Shown here: positions 57,314-61,988 of the stretch, piece by piece
Layout of the letters: each line of letters starts with the position of its first letter
Numbering within the stretch: position 1 is the stretch's first letter
DNA from: an uncultured Clostridia bacterium
GTDB lineage: Bacteria > Bacillota > Clostridia > Christensenellales > UBA1242
Length of the DNA stretch: 61,988 nucleotides
Direction: 5' to 3'
NCBI GenBank assembly: GCA_944351415.1
Contig: CALVPQ010000005.1
Span: 1-61,988, forward strand
Notes under the pieces: model-generated
The model's input: the letters and a program-made list of their open reading frames with translations, nothing else
The model's database searches: none
Told to the model about the DNA's origin: nothing
Made by a program: the position numbers and the translations under genes

Positions 57314-58540
57314 ATGTTTAATAAAAATGGATTTGAGTTGTTGGAAGAACGTGGATTTGTTTTTCAAACCACTCATAGAGAAGAAATAAAAAAAATATTA
57401 AGTGAAAAGTCGATTACTTTTTATATTGGTATTGATCCAACTGCTGATGATTTGCATATTGGACACTTTTTTGGGTTAAGAATGGCACGAATTTTGCAGG
57501 ATTGCGGACATAAGTGCATTGTGCTTGTTGGTGGAGCTACCGCTTTAATTGGGGATCCTACAAACAAAAGTGATATGCGAAAAATGCTTTCAAAAGAAGA
57601 AGTTGCTCGAAATGCAAATGAAATAAAAAGCATTCTAAATAGATTTGTTAAAACAACAGGTGATAATCCTGCAATAGTTGTAGATAATGCTGATTGGCTA
57701 AAGCCTTTGGGCTATATTGATTTTCTACGAGAAGTTGGTGTGCATTTTAACGTAAATGAAATGCTAACAAAAGATCTATACAAAAATCGTCTTGCGAAAG
57801 GAGGATTAACTTTTATGGAAATGGGTTATATGCTTATGCAGGCTTTTGATTTTGTTCATCTAAATGATAAGTTTAATTGCATTCTTCAAATTGGTGGATC
57901 TGATCAATGGGGAAACATTTGTGCTGGTGTAGACCTTTCGAGAAAAATGAATTTTCAAAATGGAACACATAGACCTTTAATGATGGGGCTCGTTTGTCCG
58001 CTCCTAACAAACGCGGAAGGAATAAAAATGGGAAAAACAGAAAAGGGGACATTGTGGGTTTCCAGAAGTAAAACATCTGCTTTTGAGTTTTTCCAACATT
58101 TTGTGAATTGTTTAGACGCCGATGTTGAAAGATTGTTAAGATTTTTTACAGACCTGCCAATTGCCGGAATTAAAAAAATGTGTAAAGAAGATATTGTTGA
58201 AGCCAAAAAATTTATGGCTTTTAAAACTACCGAACTTGTTCATGGAACTGCAGAAGCATTGAAAGCACAAGAAACTGCTAACAATCTTTTTATAAGCGGG
58301 AATGCTGATGATATGCCACGAGAAGTAATTATTTGCGAAAAACAAATAAACATTTTAGATTTTTTGTCCAAACTTAGCATAATAAAATCCAAATCGGAGG
58401 CTCGCAGGCTTATTGAACAAGGTGGTATTTTAATTGAAAATGAAAGGAAAAATAATATAAATGAAGTTTTACAAGTTAAAAATGAAATGGTTGTAAAGAA
58501 AGGTAAAAAGACTTTTGTTAAAGTTATAGTAAAAAAATAG
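57314..58540 (+). CDS. tyrS: tyrosine--tRNA ligase
   Basis: HIGH motif (DDLHIGHF), KMSKS-type KMGKT, C-terminal S4 domain SKSEARRLIEQGG, 408 aa. Confidence 0.95.
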   Translation: MFNKNGFELLEERGFVFQTTHREEIKKILSEKSITFYIGIDPTADDLHIGHFFGLRMARILQDCGHKCIVLVGGATALIGDPTNKSDMRKMLSKEEVARNANEIKSILNRFVKTTGDNPAIVVDNADWLKPLGYIDFLREVGVHFNVNEMLTKDLYKNRLAKGGLTFMEMGYMLMQAFDFVHLNDKFNCILQIGGSDQWGNICAGVDLSRKMNFQNGTHRPLMMGLVCPLLTNAEGIKMGKTEKGTLWVSRSKTSAFEFFQHFVNCLDADVERLLRFFTDLPIAGIKKMCKEDIVEAKKFMAFKTTELVHGTAEALKAQETANNLFISGNADDMPREVIICEKQINILDFLSKLSIIKSKSEARRLIEQGGILIENERKNNINEVLQVKNEMVVKKGKKTFVKVIVKK

Positions 58541-58694
58541 TTACTGTTGCAAATTGTTGCAAATATATCAGTTTTAGATAGTTCTATAAAGATTTAGACC
58601 GAAAGTAGAATTAGATTATTTTCGGTCTATTTTTTTGCTAAAATTTGTACCAAAAAACATTTGCAACAAATTTTAGGTACATTTGCAACAGTAA
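58541..58694. repeat. nested inverted-repeat element (4 copies of TGTTGCAAAT) enclosing the tyrS terminator
   Basis: Outer arms TTACTGTTGCAAAT (58541-54) / ATTTGCAACAGTAA (58681-94) are perfect. Inner arms TGTTGCAAAT (58555-64) / ATTTGCAACA (58659-68) are also perfect. Confidence 0.75.
58596..58637 (+). terminator. tyrS rho-independent terminator
   Basis: Stem AGACCGAAA/TTTCGGTCT (58596-604 / 58620-28) followed by ATTTTTTT. Confidence 0.8.
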
Positions 58695-58808
58695 AATGAT
58701 AAAATTTTAATGTTTATAAATTTGTATTTTTATGTTTTATGTTTTAAATTTAAAATCGCTATAATCCCCTATTTATAAGGCATATAGCGATTTTTTAAAT
58801 AAAAAAAT

Positions 58809-58827
58809 GAGAGCAAAATTTGCTCTC
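58809..58827 (-). terminator. terminator downstream of the tRNA fragment
   Basis: Stem GAGAGCA/TGCTCTC followed by a U-run on the minus strand. Confidence 0.6.
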
Positions 58828-58832
58828 AAATT

Positions 58833-58877
58833 TGGTAGAGATGAGTGGACTCGAACCACCGACCCCCACCTTATCAG
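58833..58877 (-). pseudogene. 3' fragment of a tRNA-Ile(GAU)-like gene (anticodon loop to CCA); candidate att site
   Basis: Reverse complement CTGATAAGGTGGGGGTCGGTGGTTCGAGTCCACTCATCTCTACCA matches tRNA-Ile from the anticodon loop CUGAUAA through the T-arm GGTGGTTCGAGTCCACT and CCA. The sequence upstream of it (TATTTATT) cannot form the 5' half. Confidence 0.7.
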
Positions 58878-59118
58878 AATAAATATTTTTTATTCAAAAA
58901 TTAAACACTTTATCACAAAACCTTATATTTTATATATCGTATAGACTTTGAAAAATAAATTTGTTGTCAAATAATTTTACGACTTGACAACAGTTGACAG
59001 CAGAAGTACTTAAATTGAGCAACTATGACTATATAAAACTATCTAAAACTTTAAAAAACTGTTTAAATTTTTTATAACATAAATTTCCCTTATCGGCAAA
59101 ATTAAAATGTTTATTTGC

Positions 59119-59147
59119 TTGACTTTTTGCCGATATTTTTATATAAT
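59119..59147 (+). promoter_or_regulatory. promoter of GNAT gene (probable leaderless transcript)
   Basis: TTGACT (59119-24), 17 nt, TATAAT (59142-47). The ATG starts 7 nt after the -10 box and no RBS is present. Confidence 0.55.
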
Positions 59148-59153
59148 GCAAAT

Positions 59154-59624
59154 ATGGAAATCGTTGAATATAAAGCAAAATATAAAGAAGATGTTAAAAA
59201 TATTCTTGTCGAACTTCAAGAATATATTGTTTCTATTGATCATTGGCATTTAAATATAATAACGCCAGATTACAGAAAAAAGTATTTTGAAAAGACAATA
59301 AAAAATTGTTCAGTCATTTTCTTAGCAATTGAAGAAGAAAAAGTTATAGGTTTGATTTGTGGCAATCTAATTAAATATGACAAATATGATTTGTGCGATT
59401 ACACTTGTCCTAAAACGGGGCACATTGAAGAACTTATTGTAAGCAAAAATACAAGAAATAAAGGTGTCGGACAATTATTATTAAATAAAATGGAATATTA
59501 TTTTAAATCTATTGGTTGTGAATATTGTCATATTGATGTTTTTGAGCCTAATGAAATTGGAAAGAATTTTTATTTAAAAAATAATTATACAACAAGAATG
59601 AGAAGTTTATCTAAAAAATTGTAA
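59154..59624 (+). CDS. GNAT family N-acetyltransferase
   Basis: IEELIVSKNTRNKGVGQLLL acetyl-CoA-binding motif (R/Q-x-x-G-x-G). The start is set at MEIVEYK. The TTG start in the track lies inside the promoter. Confidence 0.8.
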   Translation: MEIVEYKAKYKEDVKNILVELQEYIVSIDHWHLNIITPDYRKKYFEKTIKNCSVIFLAIEEEKVIGLICGNLIKYDKYDLCDYTCPKTGHIEELIVSKNTRNKGVGQLLLNKMEYYFKSIGCEYCHIDVFEPNEIGKNFYLKNNYTTRMRSLSKKL

Positions 59625-59633
59625 GGAGAAATT

Positions 59634-60521
59634 ATGAAATATCTTTCAGTTAGTGAAGTTGCGAAAAAATGGAGTTTGAGCGAAAGGTCAGTTCGAAATT
59701 ATTGTGCGAAAGGCAGAATTAAAGGAGCTTTTTTAACAGGTAAAACTTGGAATATTCCAGAAGATGCTATAAAACCTAATAGAGTTGATGAAAGAAAATT
59801 TAGCGATAACGAACTTTTGAATATTTTAAAAGAAGAAAAAGATATGCGTCTTAAAGGAGGAATATATCATAAAACACAAATTGCATTAACATATAATTCA
59901 AATCATATTGAAGGTAGCACTCTCACAGAAGAACAAACAAGACTTATATTTGAAACAAATACAATTGGAGAAACAAAAGGAGTTAAAGTTGATGATATTG
60001 TAGAAACAAATAATCACTTTAAATGTTTTGACCTTATTATAGATAATGCAAAGAAACCCTTAACTGAAAAATTCATAAAAGAACTACATTTTACCTTAAA
60101 AGTTGGAACAAGTGATAGTTTAAAATCTTGGTTTAATGTTGGTGATTACAAAAGTCGCCCAAACGAAGTTGGTGGTAATGAAACTTGTCAACCCGAGAAT
60201 GTCGCAAAAGAAATGAAACAACTGTTGACAACATACAATTCGCTAAAAGATAAAACTATAGAAAATATTATTGAATTTCATTATCATTTTGAAAATATAC
60301 ACCCTTTTCAAGATGGCAACGGTAGAATTGGTAGACTTATAATGTTTAAGGAATGTTTAACAAACAATATCGTTCCATTTATTATAGAAGATGAAATAAA
60401 AATGTATTATTATCGAGGACTAAGAGAATGGCAAAACGAAAAAGGCTTTTTAATAGACACTTGCCTTTCAGCCCAAGACAAATACAAAAAATATTTAGAT
60501 TATTTCAAAATAAATTACTAA
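59634..60521 (+). CDS. Fic family protein with N-terminal excisionase/MerR-like HTH
   Basis: Canonical Fic motif HPFQDGNGRIGR. The N-terminus is LSVSEVAKKWSLSERSVRNYCAKGRI. Confidence 0.9.
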   Translation: MKYLSVSEVAKKWSLSERSVRNYCAKGRIKGAFLTGKTWNIPEDAIKPNRVDERKFSDNELLNILKEEKDMRLKGGIYHKTQIALTYNSNHIEGSTLTEEQTRLIFETNTIGETKGVKVDDIVETNNHFKCFDLIIDNAKKPLTEKFIKELHFTLKVGTSDSLKSWFNVGDYKSRPNEVGGNETCQPENVAKEMKQLLTTYNSLKDKTIENIIEFHYHFENIHPFQDGNGRIGRLIMFKECLTNNIVPFIIEDEIKMYYYRGLREWQNEKGFLIDTCLSAQDKYKKYLDYFKINY

Positions 60522-60534
60522 AAGGATTTTATTA

Positions 60535-61173
60535 ATGGTTAAAAGATTATCTAGAAAACAGCAAAAAGTTATAAGAAATGTGGCTCACAACATTATAAAT
60601 TATTGGCACAAAGAATTAAAAAGAAATTATGTTTTTACTCAAAGAATAGTGGGCTCAGGAGCGTTAGGGACTATGCTCGTTGATAATAATGGAGATTATG
60701 ATATAGATTACCAAATTTTATTAACTAGCAAATCTAAAATAGATTTATCAAATGCAACCCAAATAAAAAACGATTTTTTTAAATCTTTGCAATCTTACAA
60801 GGATGATAATCATAAGGTTGTAAAAATTGAAAATTCAACCACCGCAATTACTTACAAGTGTTTAAGTAACGGACAAAATTTTCATATAGATTTTGTGATC
60901 ATCAAGACATTTCCACAAAATAATCAAATTATTAGGAGAAACATAAAAGAAGAAACGATAACTAAAAATGAATTTACTTGGAATACATTGCCAAAATATA
61001 ATGAAGCATACAAGATTTTTAGGAGTTGGACCATTGATAAAAAGACTAAGTTTATTAAATATTTATTGCCAAAGAAAATAAAAGAAAAAGAAAAAAATGA
61101 AAATGATCCAACAAAAATTTCATCATCACAATTATTTATAAGAGAGGTAAATAATTATGACAATAAAAAATGA
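60535..61173 (+). CDS. minimal nucleotidyltransferase (MNT/SMODS-like)
   Basis: Pol-beta-type motif RIVGSGALGT...NGDYDIDY (GS...D.D). 212 aa. It overlaps the downstream HEPN gene by 17 nt. Confidence 0.65.
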   Translation: MVKRLSRKQQKVIRNVAHNIINYWHKELKRNYVFTQRIVGSGALGTMLVDNNGDYDIDYQILLTSKSKIDLSNATQIKNDFFKSLQSYKDDNHKVVKIENSTTAITYKCLSNGQNFHIDFVIIKTFPQNNQIIRRNIKEETITKNEFTWNTLPKYNEAYKIFRSWTIDKKTKFIKYLLPKKIKEKEKNENDPTKISSSQLFIREVNNYDNKK

Positions 61174-61720
61174 AATATTAGATTATGATAAACACAAAGA
61201 TGATATTGATAGGTGGGTTAATGTTAAAGGAGAAGTGAAGTATTTAGAATTTGTTAAAATGTTAAAAAACAATCAAATTGACTGTAAATGGGGAACCGTT
61301 TCTGATTTATATAGATATGATAAAAGATTGCAAATTAACCTTTTTAAGTACATGTCATTCTTTGAAGAATATATAAGAGCAAAGTTGTGGAATAGCAACA
61401 AATTTAAAAAGTATAAAGACTTAAATAAAAAATCTATGAATGAATTGATCATTTATATTTGTAGGAATAAAAAGTTATTACAAACAAATTTTAATGATGT
61501 ATATATAGAACAACTTTACAATATTAAAAAAATTAGAAACACAATAAGCCATAACGATATAATATTAAAATGCCACAATAATAAAAATGATTATAAACAT
61601 TTGATAAAAGATTTATATTTTGCCTTACCACAAGAATATAAAGAAAATTTTAAAAACGACATTATAAAATGTGGGGTTGAATTAAATATAAATAAAATAT
61701 TTGTTGTTGATTTTACATAA
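61157..61720 (+). CDS. HEPN-type Abi_2 (AbiD/AbiF-like) protein
   Basis: R-x4-H HEPN motif in IKKIRNTISHNDIIL, plus YDKRLQINLFKYMSFFEEYIRAKL, which is typical of the Abi_2 family. Confidence 0.65.
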   Translation: MTIKNEILDYDKHKDDIDRWVNVKGEVKYLEFVKMLKNNQIDCKWGTVSDLYRYDKRLQINLFKYMSFFEEYIRAKLWNSNKFKKYKDLNKKSMNELIIYICRNKKLLQTNFNDVYIEQLYNIKKIRNTISHNDIILKCHNNKNDYKHLIKDLYFALPQEYKENFKNDIIKCGVELNINKIFVVDFT

Positions 61721-61794
61721 AAATCAAATATTGTAAATGAAAAATAGTGAAAATATGTTATAATGAAAGTGCTAATACAATGATAGGAGAAAAT

Positions 61795-61988
61795 ATGAAT
61801 AATACAAAAATAAATAATCACGCAAATTTAATTTGGAGCATTGCAGATAAATTAACAGGAGTTTATAAACCACATGAATACGGGCTTGTAATTCTGCCAA
61901 TGACAGTTTTAAGAAGATTTGATATAATTCTTGAAAAAAACAAACAAGAATTTTTAGATAAAACCAAAACAATCTCAAAAGATAATGC
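61795..61988 (+). CDS. hsdM: type I restriction-modification methyltransferase subunit HsdM (N-terminal part, truncated by window end)
   Basis: MNNTKINNHANLIWSIADKLTGVYKPHEYGLVILPMTVLRRFD matches the HsdM N-terminal domain pattern. An AGGAGA RBS precedes it. Confidence 0.75.
   Translation, partial: MNNTKINNHANLIWSIADKLTGVYKPHEYGLVILPMTVLRRFDIILEKNKQEFLDKTKTISKDN

Overview
Low-GC (about 30%) Bacillota-like chromosomal window using the standard genetic code. There are no in-frame TGA signals in the conserved genes.

**Layout**
- 1-7.1 kb: housekeeping genes (tRNA-Arg, RumA-type rRNA methyltransferase, EngB, tRNA-Ala, Dtd) plus surface proteins.
- 7.2-23.1 kb (minus strand): a complete S10-spc-alpha ribosomal protein cluster, rpsJ through rplQ. 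It includes secY, adk, map, infA, rpmJ and rpoA. A consensus promoter and a roughly 360-nt structured leader precede it.
- 23.9-62 kb: accessory DNA.
  - GH26 mannanase.
  - Large lipoproteins.
  - An unusual membrane-domain/ABC-ATPase fusion operon.
  - Tandemly duplicated lantibiotic-type ABC pairs.
  - A redox/detox cluster with two radical-SAM-like DUF5131 paralogs.
  - tyrS.
  - A tRNA-Ile 3' fragment marking the edge of a defence-type island (Fic, MNT/HEPN pair, type I HsdM).

**Most notable observations**
1. A compact four-gene minus-strand cassette (42.4-47.4 kb) that looks like an uncharacterised WYL-regulated defence or abortive-infection system. Its genes are a SpoVK/CbbX-like AAA+ ATPase with a large unknown N-terminus, a wHTH-WYL regulator, a 186-aa unknown protein, and an unknown N-domain fused to a PD-(D/E)xK nuclease.
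2. tyrS is preceded by a 15-codon leader ORF with five consecutive Tyr codons (MTKTFALNSYYYYYI) and a trp-style 1:2 / 2:3 / 3:4 attenuator with two tandem terminators, rather than a T-box.
3. A 31-nt palindrome-containing motif is shared between a TetR promoter and an ABC operon 12 kb away.
4. A surface lipoprotein reading frame is interrupted by a single in-frame TAA.

All functional calls come from motif recognition by eye. No database searches were run.
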